A program made the position numbers and the translations under genes. The notes beneath the pieces were generated by a model that was not told the DNA's origin, did not search any database, and saw nothing but the letters and a program-made list of their open reading frames with translations. A stretch of DNA of 64,000 nt from Candidatus Sungiibacteriota bacterium. Lineage in GTDB: Bacteria; Patescibacteriota; Minisyncoccia; Sungbacterales; HO2-52-23. Numbering within the stretch: the stretch's first letter is position 1; the number at the start of each line of letters is the position of its first letter. The DNA is taken from the NCBI GenBank assembly GCA_016180435.1, contig JACPBG010000004.1, positions 134,151-198,150 on the forward strand, given 5' to 3'. Shown piece after piece: positions 1-9,753 of the stretch.

Positions 1-51
1 GGCCGCGGTATCGTTTTTGGGTTCCCGCAATTCTTCCTATATAACAGGACA

Positions 52-777
52 ATGCCTGCATATCAATGGGGGAGTTTTCATGTTATGAAGAAAAAAAATA
101 TAGACGCAATACTTTTGGCTGCCGGTAAAGGAGAAAGGGCCGGTGGGAATTATAAGCAGTTTGTGCACGTTCATCAAAAGCCATTAATTTTTTATTCTTT
201 GGAAAAGATTGTGAGAATATCTTGCTTACGGAATATTATAGTGGTAGTGCCTCTCCAAAAAATAAATTTTGCTAAAAAGATTATATATGAAAGATTTAAG
301 GATCCTCGGATTCATATAATTCCCGGGGGAGCCACTCGAAGGATATCTTCTTATATCGCTCTTTCATGCTCAGAAAAAAAAGGTAATACTGATTTCATAG
401 TTTTTCATGAAGCCGCGCGACCGCTTATCACCACTACGATGGTGTATTCTGTGATTAAAGAAGCAATGCGATGCGGAGCCGCCATTACTGGAATTCCGGC
501 CATTGATACGGTTGCGAAAGTTAAAGATATGTTTATAACGTCGATCCCGGATCGAAAAAAAATGTTTTATGTATATTTGCCCCAGTGTTTTAGGTTCTCG
601 TGGATTATCAAGGCGCATCGGGATAAAAAAAATAAAATTCTGGAATTGGAAAATGCTGAAAATACCGAACTGTTGGTGAATATGGGGAAAAGGATAAAAA
701 TCGTAAATTTTTATCCGAATTTTAAATTTACTTATTCACCCGACATAAAAGTTATATCCGCATTTTTTAAAAAATAA
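52..777 (+). CDS. IspD/TarI-like cytidylyltransferase (CDP-alcohol/sugar forming nucleotidyltransferase); probable true start at second Met (~85)
   Basis: N-terminal glycine-rich loop IDAILLAAGKGER typical of IspD/TarI/GT-A-like cytidylyltransferases; immediately upstream of TagF-like gene; G-rich RBS-like gggggag before second ATG. Confidence 0.55.
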   Translation: MPAYQWGSFHVMKKKNIDAILLAAGKGERAGGNYKQFVHVHQKPLIFYSLEKIVRISCLRNIIVVVPLQKINFAKKIIYERFKDPRIHIIPGGATRRISSYIALSCSEKKGNTDFIVFHEAARPLITTTMVYSVIKEAMRCGAAITGIPAIDTVAKVKDMFITSIPDRKKMFYVYLPQCFRFSWIIKAHRDKKNKILELENAENTELLVNMGKRIKIVNFYPNFKFTYSPDIKVISAFFKK

Positions 778-3042
778 ATGTTGCCCAGCGAATCTCTTAG
801 ACAAAAAAAATATGGGGAGAATCCAAATCCAAATGCAAAAGTCGGCTTCGTTATTTGTTATCCTTTTCAGTATTATGTTCAAAAAAATATCTATAAACAT
901 CTTAGGGATGAAGCGGAATTTATAATCGATGCCGGAGTTTATTTTCCCAATACTCAACCTCGGGCGTTAATTGACGATATTGTCGCGCTTCTTAGAAAAG
1001 AAAATGTATATTATCGGGTTCTTTACTATGATGATTATTTTTACAACCCAATTTTGGAAAGATTTTTTTTGAAATATAGAGTTCTGGTTTCTTTATGGGA
1101 ATGGGGATGCATGAAGTTTCGCTGCAATGATAATAAAAAAAGGATTCGCTTGGCTTATGGGGCTGGAAAAGAACTTACTCTGGTTCGTCCAACTGGAGCA
1201 AAATTTGACGTGTCCCTAGCGTATGGGAAACATGATGCGCGACTTCTTTCGCTTTTCTCTCATTGCGAAATCATTGGTAATCCAAAATTTGACGATTGGT
1301 TTAATGATAAGTGTGAAATACTACCGGACATTCAAAAAAGAGTAGATCCTAAAAAAAAGACGGTGCTTTATCTCCCGACTCATGGGGATTTATGTTCCAT
1401 TGATGAACTCCACCCGGAACTTAAAAAAATAGCCGGAACATATAATCTAATTGTTAAATTTCACTATCACACTATCCGTGACGAGCCAGAAAGAATTAAA
1501 AAAATGGAATCCGGTAGTATTATTCTTCTTAAAGATGACGTAGATTTACTGCCGCTGCTTAAACTTTCCGATGCTGTGATAAGCGACAATTCAAGCGCTA
1601 TATTTGATGCCATACTTGCTGATAAACCAATCGTGGTTACAGATTTTTTGGAAGATAAGTTTTTCACAGCAGAGCATCAAAAACTACGTTTAACAAGAAG
1701 AGGTATTACTGCTCCTCTTACTTTTCCGGGCAGTATTGAACAAGTAATAAAAAGAAAAAAACTCATACCAACGATTCAATCCCCCGGGGAATTAAAGGGA
1801 GTTATGTTGAACGCGCTTCAAGACAAGGATTTTTTCAAAAATGCGAGAAAAAAAATCAGGGAACATTTATTTGCGTATCGCGACGGTCAATGCGGTAGGC
1901 GCGGGGCAGAAGTAATCCAAAAAATTATGGATGGAAAATTATGTTTGCCTAAAAAAATTTTTTACTATATGTTGCCTCCGCCTACTCAGCTTGTAGAAAA
2001 TTTTTATAACGAATCTAAAAAAACCCGCGTACAGAATCACATTAAAATACATTTTCAATCCAAAGAAGAAGAAAAAAGGAATTTACTGCAATCCAATGTT
2101 AAAATTATAGACGGGATCATTTTTAGTATTATTTTGCCTTTATATGGTACAGCAAACCTTATACAAGCATCTATCAGATCGCTTTTGGCTCTTCGATTTC
2201 CTGCGCATAAATTTGAAATAATACTTATTAATTGTGGCGCCGGCAATATATCACTACCCGAGAATCATGCGGGAATAAAGGTAATTTTTTCCAAAGATAC
2301 AGCCGATACGATTTCTCAGGCCATAAAAATCGGTTTGTCGTATGCGACTGGAATTTATATTTGTTTGGGTCAGCCGCACTATTTTTATCATAGCGATTGG
2401 TTAAGGCATTTGTTTCGGGCCTATCAGGAGAATTTTTCTGTTGCCGGAGTGGGGGGATATGAGGCAGCTTCGAAAGAGTTGAAAAACTCATTTTCTGCGT
2501 ATTACGAAATGGAACTTAAGAGAAAAATGAACCTTCAGCGGGATCCCGTAGATTTTCCCACTAGGTTTTATCATGTAAAAAATAAACTTTTTTATCAAAA
2601 TCCGGCCGGAGTGCTTTCCAATATATCTTATCGGAGAGACATAATGTGTCAGTTTGACTTCTTAGCATTTTCTGCCACCCCGGAAGTCATGGAATTTGAA
2701 TTGAAACAAGCAGTATTAATGACCGGACGGCATCTTTATTTTAATGCGTTTCCGTGTTTTAGTTTGGAACGAATTGGTATCAAAAAATTTTTGCACAAAA
2801 ATTTTTGTGAAGGTATCGCGTTTTATACTATATTTTCAAGAGACCCATTTCTAAAACCCCATTACAAATATACTCCGTTTACTCTTTTTCGCATTTCATT
2901 AAATAATTTTTTTGACAGGCCGTTAGAGGTTAAACTTTTGGCTACAACTATTTTAGGAACTTTTGTAAGAATTTTTGGAACGTGTTATGCCGCGATTTTT
3001 TCATTTTCAGTGTTTATATTAAAGTTGCGCCGCGTGTCTTAG
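778..3042 (+). CDS. Fusion: TagF/TagB-like CDP-glycerol glycerophosphotransferase domain + C-terminal GT2-like glycosyltransferase domain
   Basis: VLYLPTHGD...KFHYH...LSDAVISDNSSAIFDAILADKPIVV matches Glyphos_transf signature (LYAPTWR / SD-ITDYSS / KPII); C-terminal FSIILPLYG...EIILINCGAGN resembles GT2 N-terminus; very AT-rich. Confidence 0.6.
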   Translation: MLPSESLRQKKYGENPNPNAKVGFVICYPFQYYVQKNIYKHLRDEAEFIIDAGVYFPNTQPRALIDDIVALLRKENVYYRVLYYDDYFYNPILERFFLKYRVLVSLWEWGCMKFRCNDNKKRIRLAYGAGKELTLVRPTGAKFDVSLAYGKHDARLLSLFSHCEIIGNPKFDDWFNDKCEILPDIQKRVDPKKKTVLYLPTHGDLCSIDELHPELKKIAGTYNLIVKFHYHTIRDEPERIKKMESGSIILLKDDVDLLPLLKLSDAVISDNSSAIFDAILADKPIVVTDFLEDKFFTAEHQKLRLTRRGITAPLTFPGSIEQVIKRKKLIPTIQSPGELKGVMLNALQDKDFFKNARKKIREHLFAYRDGQCGRRGAEVIQKIMDGKLCLPKKIFYYMLPPPTQLVENFYNESKKTRVQNHIKIHFQSKEEEKRNLLQSNVKIIDGIIFSIILPLYGTANLIQASIRSLLALRFPAHKFEIILINCGAGNISLPENHAGIKVIFSKDTADTISQAIKIGLSYATGIYICLGQPHYFYHSDWLRHLFRAYQENFSVAGVGGYEAASKELKNSFSAYYEMELKRKMNLQRDPVDFPTRFYHVKNKLFYQNPAGVLSNISYRRDIMCQFDFLAFSATPEVMEFELKQAVLMTGRHLYFNAFPCFSLERIGIKKFLHKNFCEGIAFYTIFSRDPFLKPHYKYTPFTLFRISLNNFFDRPLEVKLLATTILGTFVRIFGTCYAAIFSFSVFILKLRRVS

Positions 3043-3229
3043 TGGCTGTTTTTATAGCAGAAAGGCGTGATATTCCGGTTGTGGACAAAACCTCTTTATC
3101 TATTTTTGGTTTATTGATATAGTTGTTTTGTGGTAAAAAACACCTGACAATTAACGATTTGGCCGTAATGGTTAAAAGGGGCTTTGACGGCGTGGATAAG
3201 CGTTTTGAACAGGTTTAGGATCATAATTT

Positions 3230-3490
3230 ATGACTCTAGAAAACAAAAAACGATATTTGGGACTGCTTGCCGCCTTTTTAGGAATTGGTTTGTTAAAGTT
3301 ATATTCGCCGACTGTGGATACGCCGCTTTCTTCCGATGGCGTTTCTGCCGAAAATTGTTCATTCAAGGTTGCTGAGAACGTAAAGAATCAGAACGGATGC
3401 GATATTTTTAACCAAACCGACGTGGATATTATGATGCAGCAAGATAATGGCGGCGAAGTGCTTTTCGCCGGTTGCGGAGGATTTTTTTAG
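3230..3490 (+). CDS. Small secreted hypothetical protein (signal peptide LGLLAAFLGIGLL)
   Basis: 86-aa ORF with hydrophobic N-terminal segment after K/R n-region; followed by conserved hairpin ttgcgga-ggattttttt-agtccgcaa. Confidence 0.3.
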   Translation: MTLENKKRYLGLLAAFLGIGLLKLYSPTVDTPLSSDGVSAENCSFKVAENVKNQNGCDIFNQTDVDIMMQQDNGGEVLFAGCGGFF

Positions 3491-3582
3491 TCCGCAACGC
3501 GCATCGGATGTTCTCGAAAAGCTAAGTTTCCCATGGAAAACTTAGCTTTTTAGGTACGCGGCTGATTGGTTTTTATATTTTT

Positions 3583-3864
3583 TTGTGTTACCATGTCCGT
3601 ATGACTCCCCAGAGTTTTATAAAAAAAAGGCCATATCTGGTGTGGCATACCAGAAATTTTGACCACCTTTCTGAATCAGCAATTATAGAGGCGGTTTTAA
3701 ATTACGGCGACTTTGACGATGTTAAAAAACTGATTGCGATTTTGGGTATTAAAAAAGCCGCGGCAATTTTCCAAAAGCGCGCGTGGCAAAGAAGAAGCAA
3801 TTATCGTCCGGAAATAAGAAATTATTTTAAGCTTTACTTCAAAAAATATGCCCCGCATGCATAA
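3583..3864 (+). CDS. Hypothetical small protein overlapping start of AbiEii remnant (possible degraded AbiEi-like partner)
   Basis: 93-aa ORF whose stop overlaps the next ORF start, the arrangement typical of AbiEi-AbiEii operons; no recognisable motif. Confidence 0.2.
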   Translation: MCYHVRMTPQSFIKKRPYLVWHTRNFDHLSESAIIEAVLNYGDFDDVKKLIAILGIKKAAAIFQKRAWQRRSNYRPEIRNYFKLYFKKYAPHA

Positions 3865-4473
3865 GGAGATTTTAACTAAAGAGCAGGTTGAATTGTTGCC
3901 CTTACTCCAGAAATTTTCTAAAAATTTCTTTTTGGTGGGTGGCACGGCCATGGCTTTGCATATCGGACACAGACGGTCGGTTGATTTTGACCTTTTTTCT
4001 CACGAGGCATTTAGCATTGCCGGCATAAAAAGAAAAATTTTATAGGCGAACAGAATTGAAACAATTTTGGTAAATAAATCGGGGGAATTTACTATAACCA
4101 TCCAAGGCGTGCGAATGACCTTTTTTACTATCCGTTTCGTACTGTTACACCCAGGACTGTTTTTAACGATATTATAAAGATGCCGGATATTTTGACTTTG
4201 GCCGCCATGAAAGCGCACGCCCTGGGCCAGAGAGCCAAATGGAAGGACTATGTGGATCTTTATTTTGTGATGAAGAAATATCATGGACTGGATGAAGTTG
4301 TAAAAAGGGCGAAACGTCTTTTCGCCTCCGAATTCAATGAAAAAATATTCCGCGTTCAGCTGGCCTATTTTAAAGACATTGATTACACCGAAAAAATTAT
4401 TTATTTGAGGGGCTTTGAAACCAAAGACGAAGTTATCAAGAAGGGGCTAATTGAATTCAGTTTACATTTATAG
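3848..4473 (+). pseudogene. Frameshifted AbiEii/AbiGii-family nucleotidyltransferase toxin remnant
   Basis: ORF 3848-4045 carries LVGGTAMALHIGHRRSVDFDLFS (GGTAL + R-S-D-x-D nucleotidyltransferase motif of AbiEii); ORF 4180-4473 in a different frame carries the C-terminal KDYVDLYFVM motif; the ~130-bp gap implies at least one frameshift. Confidence 0.45.
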
Positions 4474-4699
4474 AGTACCCGATTCGCCTTGTGTCGGGCG
4501 CGAATATTTATCCAGCATTAAGAATTTAACGGGGCGAAGACGCGCTTTTTTCCGGATGCGGGGGATTTTTTTAGTCCGCAACGCACACGTAACTGTTTTT
4601 AAAGAAACCGGGTTTCCGTTGCGGAAACTCGGTTTCTGGTTGGGGCGCTTGACGAGACGCCATTTTTTTATTATCAATGAATAAAGGATCCTTTAAAAT

Positions 4700-6310
4700 T
4701 TGGGGGTAAATTTGATGAAAGGCGCAGAATTGATCGTAAAAACTCTTGAACGATATAGTGTATCGCATATTTTTGGCTTACCTGGAGATGCAACTTCTTT
4801 TTTTCGTGCGTTGACGAAAAGTCCAATTCAATTTATTACCATGAGAAATGAGCAGGGTGTGGGGTATGCAATAAATGGCTATGCGCGCGTAGCGAAGAAG
4901 CCCGGTGTTGCATATGTATCGCGTGGAGCCGGAGGAACAAATGTTTTAACCGGCATTGCTTGTGCATATTTAGAAGGAACTCCCGCTATCTTTATTACTG
5001 ATCAGGTAAGTCGCAAAGAAAGCATTTATCCTGATTCCTATATGTTCATAAATCTTGAAGATATATATAGACCCGTTTCAAAAGGCGTTGATGTGGTTTG
5101 GCGCGCTCAAGATATACCAGATATTATGTCTAGAGCTTGGGCGGATGCAAAAAGAAAAACTCCGGGTCCGCGCTGTATAATAGTACCGCAAGATGTATTC
5201 AATGAAGACACTGATCCGATTTATTTGGATCCGGTGGTATCTGAAGATGTGGAAATAGATTCCTTGGGGGCGGTGGAGCGGTTGCAGTATCATCTTGAGA
5301 AGAGCGGGTATCCGATTTTAATTTTCGGGCCTGGCATTAAAGAGTTTGTGAGGTCAGAAGAGCTGAAATCCTTTTTGGACCGTATTTCTGTGCCGTTTTT
5401 TACCACTCGTCATGCCAAGGGAATTATTTATGAAACCCACCCACTTCATTATGGCGTGGCTAGAAACGATATTCTTTCTGCTCTATCCCCTCAAATTGAT
5501 TTGGTAATCACTTTAGGGTACAACATAAGCGATAAAGACGATGAATATTCTTGGTGGTTGGATCGGACTAAAATTGAGCACATAGATATTTCAGATTCCC
5601 CCCCGATTGAGACCCTGTGTTTCCAGCCTGCGGAAAAATTTCGTGTGGATTGGAAAGATTTTTTTCAGCTTGCTCAGGAAAAACTGCCAGTTCGTTCACA
5701 TCCAACATTATTTAGGTTGTCGTCGCAGGAATGGCAAGAACGCTGCCGTAGAATGACTTTGGACAGATTTGGCGATTTTCTGCTCGGCGATGTTTTAAAC
5801 CAAAATAATTTAGGTGCTATTCTCACTTCAGACGATATAATAACGGTGGAAACGGGCCTTACCCGGCGTTATATACTCACGGTTTTTAAATCGTGCGGAC
5901 CGCACATAATTGGATCCGGAACCCTAAGTGCACTGGGATTTTCTGTCCCAGCTGCAATCGGCGCATCGATTGCCGATCCCAATGCAAGGGTTGTGGTAAT
6001 TTGCGGGGACGGGGCGCTCCTTATGAACGTTTCTGAACTTGCAACCATTCGCCGCTTAAAATTGCCGGTAAAGATTATTGTGGTAGCTGACGGATCATAT
6101 GGTTACATGAAATATCTTCAGTATGAAGCATTTGGTAGTTGTGTCGGAGTTGATTTCACTAATCCCGATTTTGAATTGCTGGCTCGTGCGTTCGGATTCG
6201 AGTATTTAGGCGTCCACCAGGAAACAGAGCTGGAATTAGTTCGTTCGCTAATCGAAGATCGGAATAATCCGGCGCTCATTGTGCTCTATCAAAAATATCA
6301 ATATAAGTAA
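4700..6310 (+). CDS. Thiamine-diphosphate-dependent enzyme, acetolactate synthase / pyruvate oxidase family (large subunit-like)
   Basis: 536 aa; N-terminal Pyr domain (GLPGDA...GYARVAKKPGVAYVSRGAGGTNVLTGIACAYLEGTPAIFITDQ) and C-terminal TPP-binding motif GDGALLMNVSELATIRRLKLPVKIIVVADGSYG (GDG-x24-N). Confidence 0.75.
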   Translation: MGVNLMKGAELIVKTLERYSVSHIFGLPGDATSFFRALTKSPIQFITMRNEQGVGYAINGYARVAKKPGVAYVSRGAGGTNVLTGIACAYLEGTPAIFITDQVSRKESIYPDSYMFINLEDIYRPVSKGVDVVWRAQDIPDIMSRAWADAKRKTPGPRCIIVPQDVFNEDTDPIYLDPVVSEDVEIDSLGAVERLQYHLEKSGYPILIFGPGIKEFVRSEELKSFLDRISVPFFTTRHAKGIIYETHPLHYGVARNDILSALSPQIDLVITLGYNISDKDDEYSWWLDRTKIEHIDISDSPPIETLCFQPAEKFRVDWKDFFQLAQEKLPVRSHPTLFRLSSQEWQERCRRMTLDRFGDFLLGDVLNQNNLGAILTSDDIITVETGLTRRYILTVFKSCGPHIIGSGTLSALGFSVPAAIGASIADPNARVVVICGDGALLMNVSELATIRRLKLPVKIIVVADGSYGYMKYLQYEAFGSCVGVDFTNPDFELLARAFGFEYLGVHQETELELVRSLIEDRNNPALIVLYQKYQYK

Positions 6311-6385
6311 TTAGAGATATTAAACAACGCACTTATTCCGGTGCGTTTTTATATTCCTTGCATAAAATGAAAAATAAATTATAAT

Positions 6386-7666
6386 ATGTATATGTCAATC
6401 AGTTTAAATTCACAGACAAAAAAGGCGTTAGTAGAAATTCTAAAATTTTCTTTAGAAAATCCTTATAGCGATTTTTATCGCCGAAAATATGCTCCACTAA
6501 AATTAAAGCATATTAACGAAGATAATATTGGAAATATTTTTGTATCTCTGCCGCTACTTACGAAGGATGATCTTTTGGCCTCACCTCCATTTGATCGCAT
6601 CTTTACAAAGATTCATTCTCCATATGTGATATCTAGCACTTCGGGTACAACCGGAAAGGGACCTGTGATCATATTTATAAATACACCAAGTGAAACAGCT
6701 GAAGGGCAATTGACTTGGGGAAAAATTAATGCCCAATGCGGATTATTTTTATTTCCACCCGGTGTGCAATGGCAATTGTTAACGACTATGATCCGCGCAT
6801 TCCCGGTTTATATCGGAAATCCGTATCAAATGAAAGAAACCGCCGAGATCGCATCACGAATAAAAATTGATACAATTGCTACAACTCCGACGGCATTGCA
6901 GCATTTTTTAATTTTTTTAGAACCAGCTTACGATATTTCAAAAATTAAGCACATTTTATTTAGGGGTGAGCCCTTGAGTAAAGCCCAGCAAACTTTTTTT
7001 AGAAATAAATTCCCCAATGCGATATTTAATTTGCTTTACGGGATGAGAGAAGCTGGACAGATTGGGGTTCAGTGCGATGTTTTGTCTATGCGTGAAGAAC
7101 CAATCTATCACCTTCGTTCAGATAAATTTTTTATAGAGATCTTGCCGGCTGAAAATGAGGAGGCGGGAGAATTAGTTCTAACCCACTTGCGAAAAGATCC
7201 TACGCTCCTGATACGCTATAGAACCGGGGATCTTGGTTGGTTTCTTCGGGATGAGAAATGTTCGTGCGAATTAAATTTTCCGCTATTTAAACTTTTTGGC
7301 AGAAATAGGCGAGAAACAATACATGCAGGCGGAGTTGTATTTGAAGCGGAAACTTTCAACGTCATTTTGAAAGACTTTTTGGAAAACATTCAAAATAATT
7401 TTGAAGCTCATTTCTATCAACGTTTAATCCAGGACAAAATTCAGTACGACATAGTTGTGCGGGTAATACCTAAGGGATCCGTTAATGAAATGTTAAAAAT
7501 CCGGCTGGAAGAATCCTTAAATAATCGTCTCCGTATATCAAATAGATTTTCTTTTTCCGAGCTTATACGTCAAGACCTATTTTCGCCAATTAAAGTTGAA
7601 TTTGCCGATCCTGATACCCAAATCTATAAAATGCCATTGTTATATAAATTGGTTTCGCATTTTTAA
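6386..7666 (+). CDS. PaaK/CapK/F390-synthetase-like adenylate-forming enzyme
   Basis: N-terminal DFYRRKYA motif, P-loop ISSTSGTTGKGPVIIF (SSGTTGKP-like), IRYRTGD motif; ~426 aa as in phenylacetate-CoA ligase family. Confidence 0.6.
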   Translation: MYMSISLNSQTKKALVEILKFSLENPYSDFYRRKYAPLKLKHINEDNIGNIFVSLPLLTKDDLLASPPFDRIFTKIHSPYVISSTSGTTGKGPVIIFINTPSETAEGQLTWGKINAQCGLFLFPPGVQWQLLTTMIRAFPVYIGNPYQMKETAEIASRIKIDTIATTPTALQHFLIFLEPAYDISKIKHILFRGEPLSKAQQTFFRNKFPNAIFNLLYGMREAGQIGVQCDVLSMREEPIYHLRSDKFFIEILPAENEEAGELVLTHLRKDPTLLIRYRTGDLGWFLRDEKCSCELNFPLFKLFGRNRRETIHAGGVVFEAETFNVILKDFLENIQNNFEAHFYQRLIQDKIQYDIVVRVIPKGSVNEMLKIRLEESLNNRLRISNRFSFSELIRQDLFSPIKVEFADPDTQIYKMPLLYKLVSHF

Positions 7667-7667
7667 G

Positions 7668-9020
7668 ATGCTTCACTCAAAAATCAAGCCTCAAGATTTT
7701 AGAAAATTGCTGCGTTTTGTTTGGCGAAGCCCCAGATCCGACTTTTACCGCAATCTGTATAAAAAGGCGGGCTTCAACCCCGTTTTAGATTTTACATCCC
7801 CGGCGGATTTGACTAAAGTCCCATTTTTAACCAGAAGCGATCTGGGATCGGTCAAGCCCAAAAAAAGGCTTTATGTCCCATTGAAAGATGTGGATTATAT
7901 AAAAGTTTCTAGCGGATTTAGTGGAGAAAAAAAAGATCTGTTGGTAACATACTGCTGTCATTATCGTTCAAAACCATTAAATAAGGATTTAGCGATTGAT
8001 TCCATTCCCCCGCATCTTAAAAAAATTTTTTATTTGCGCCGAGCGGAACACGTGCCCATATTTTTTTCGAGAGCAAGAGATCTGGGAAGACTGGCGATTT
8101 TCGGCAATCGCTCTGATCCGGAGTGGTCGGCAAAAGTTTTATCCGAGGTAGAGGCCCAAGCGCTTTTGGCCGTACCGACGGAGGCGGTTTTATTTGCCAA
8201 TTACATTAAAAAATATTACGACCCGCGAAAAATCAAATTAGTTATAGTTTACGGAGAACCCGTAACCAGAATGCAGCATCGAGAATTATTGCGTCTGTAT
8301 CCCGAAGCAAGCGTCCGCTCGCTGTACGGCATGGCGGTGTTTAACAGGCCGGTTGGGATACAATGCGATCATTTGGCAAAAATAGCGCCCAATCTTTATC
8401 ACTCGGTCCCGGGATATTTTTATGAGACAAAGGTGGTCGGAAAAAATGGTTTTTTAAGAAAGGAGCTCGTCTTAACAGATTTTGAGAAAGCCGCTACGCC
8501 ATTTATTCGTTACCGGACAGGTGATGCCGCAAAATTCATAAACAGCAATTATAAATGCCGTTGTGGAAAAATTGGGTTAATTTTTGTTTTCTTGGGCAGA
8601 GTTGTGATGGATGCCATTCAATGTACAAATCAGTTTATGATACGGGCGCGAGACGTGCAATACACACTTTCCAAAAATAAAATTCAATATAGGGGATTTC
8701 GTTTGGAAGTAGATGAAAAAAAATACGGACATAGCCCGCGTTCCATACTAAAGTTAATGCTTTTTGTAAAAATATATCCGTCACGAGTTCTTCAGATCAA
8801 TATTTATAAAATATTGAAAAAATCCCTTTATTTTAATGTGAGATATAAGCTTAGCGATGGTTCGCCGAGACTTGCAGATCTTCTACGCAGACGTGAAATT
8901 TTAAATTTTCAGATTAATTTCAAAAAAATATCGGATAAAGAAAATCCACAGTGTGAATTAGTTGACATGCGCGTTTATCACGCCCTGCCGCGCAACTTTT
9001 TGTCCAAATTGACAAAATAA
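7668..9020 (+). CDS. PaaK/CapK-like adenylate-forming enzyme paralog with degenerate phosphate-binding loop
   Basis: SDFYRNLYKKAGF N-terminal motif, IRYRTGD motif conserved, but the P-loop position reads KVSSGFSGEKKD; start placed at Met right after the upstream stop. Confidence 0.5.
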   Translation: MLHSKIKPQDFRKLLRFVWRSPRSDFYRNLYKKAGFNPVLDFTSPADLTKVPFLTRSDLGSVKPKKRLYVPLKDVDYIKVSSGFSGEKKDLLVTYCCHYRSKPLNKDLAIDSIPPHLKKIFYLRRAEHVPIFFSRARDLGRLAIFGNRSDPEWSAKVLSEVEAQALLAVPTEAVLFANYIKKYYDPRKIKLVIVYGEPVTRMQHRELLRLYPEASVRSLYGMAVFNRPVGIQCDHLAKIAPNLYHSVPGYFYETKVVGKNGFLRKELVLTDFEKAATPFIRYRTGDAAKFINSNYKCRCGKIGLIFVFLGRVVMDAIQCTNQFMIRARDVQYTLSKNKIQYRGFRLEVDEKKYGHSPRSILKLMLFVKIYPSRVLQINIYKILKKSLYFNVRYKLSDGSPRLADLLRRREILNFQINFKKISDKENPQCELVDMRVYHALPRNFLSKLTK

Positions 9021-9087
9021 ACTATTTAATATATAATGTTTAATATTGGTCTTTCCCAACCAATAAATAAAATCTTAAGGAGGTTAT

Positions 9088-9702
9088 ATGAAGGGAAAAA
9101 GCGTTTTTTGGTGGGCTGTGTTGTTAGTGTGTTTATTCGTTGGGGTCGCTTCGGCCCAGGTCGACGCGCCCCAGTATAAAGAGGGTGATGCGTGGAAGAT
9201 AAAGTATAAAAGGGGGGGGGCGATTTCGAAGTCGAACGTGCTTCTTTCCGGAATTTATGATGTGGTTTATCGCAATGGCGAGTTTGTATGGTGTCCATCG
9301 CAGGACGACAAATCGATCGATAACAAACTGTGTGCTGATCCATGGACGGGATTGCTGGCCGAAGCGCTTTTTTTCGTGGGGGATTATGGTAAAGATAATC
9401 CACCTTTTTTTAGTTTTCCGATTAAGGTTGGTGATAAGCCCAGGGGTTATGAATATTTTAACCCAAATGCCGGGCGTAGTGGCATGAATTCAAACGGCAC
9501 CATCGCCGTTACGGATGTCAGCACCAAAACAAAAGCGGGTGAGTACAACGCGTATAAACACTCATTAAGTGAGAGCGGGGGTCGCACGATCCGGACATAT
9601 TACTATGTGTCAGAGTGTAAATGTGTATTGGAGTTTTCGGCTGAACTTGGGAGCGGAACAACTTACTCCGGGGAAGTTCTAGATTTTAAAGTCGCAAAGT
9701 AA
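9088..9702 (+). CDS. Secreted hypothetical protein
   Basis: Strong RBS aaggagg 7 nt upstream; signal peptide MKGKSVFWWAVLLVCLFVGVASAQ; the overlapping minus ORF 9026-9403 is judged spurious. Confidence 0.5.
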   Translation: MKGKSVFWWAVLLVCLFVGVASAQVDAPQYKEGDAWKIKYKRGGAISKSNVLLSGIYDVVYRNGEFVWCPSQDDKSIDNKLCADPWTGLLAEALFFVGDYGKDNPPFFSFPIKVGDKPRGYEYFNPNAGRSGMNSNGTIAVTDVSTKTKAGEYNAYKHSLSESGGRTIRTYYYVSECKCVLEFSAELGSGTTYSGEVLDFKVAK

Positions 9703-9753
9703 AACCCCGAACAAACAAAAGGATGGATATCATAAGGCATCGCTCGCGGTGCC

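Noticed and set aside
4451-4684. 77-aa plus ORF and overlapping 69-aa minus ORF
   Set aside because: They sit on conserved hairpin-repeat sequence (ggatttttttagtccgcaacgc, gaaactcggtttc). Composition is Arg-rich with no RBS. Regarded as non-coding repeat.
9026-9403. 125-aa minus-strand ORF overlapping the secreted-protein gene
   Set aside because: The plus-strand ORF has a strong RBS and signal peptide. The minus ORF has neither and is Pro/Arg-rich.
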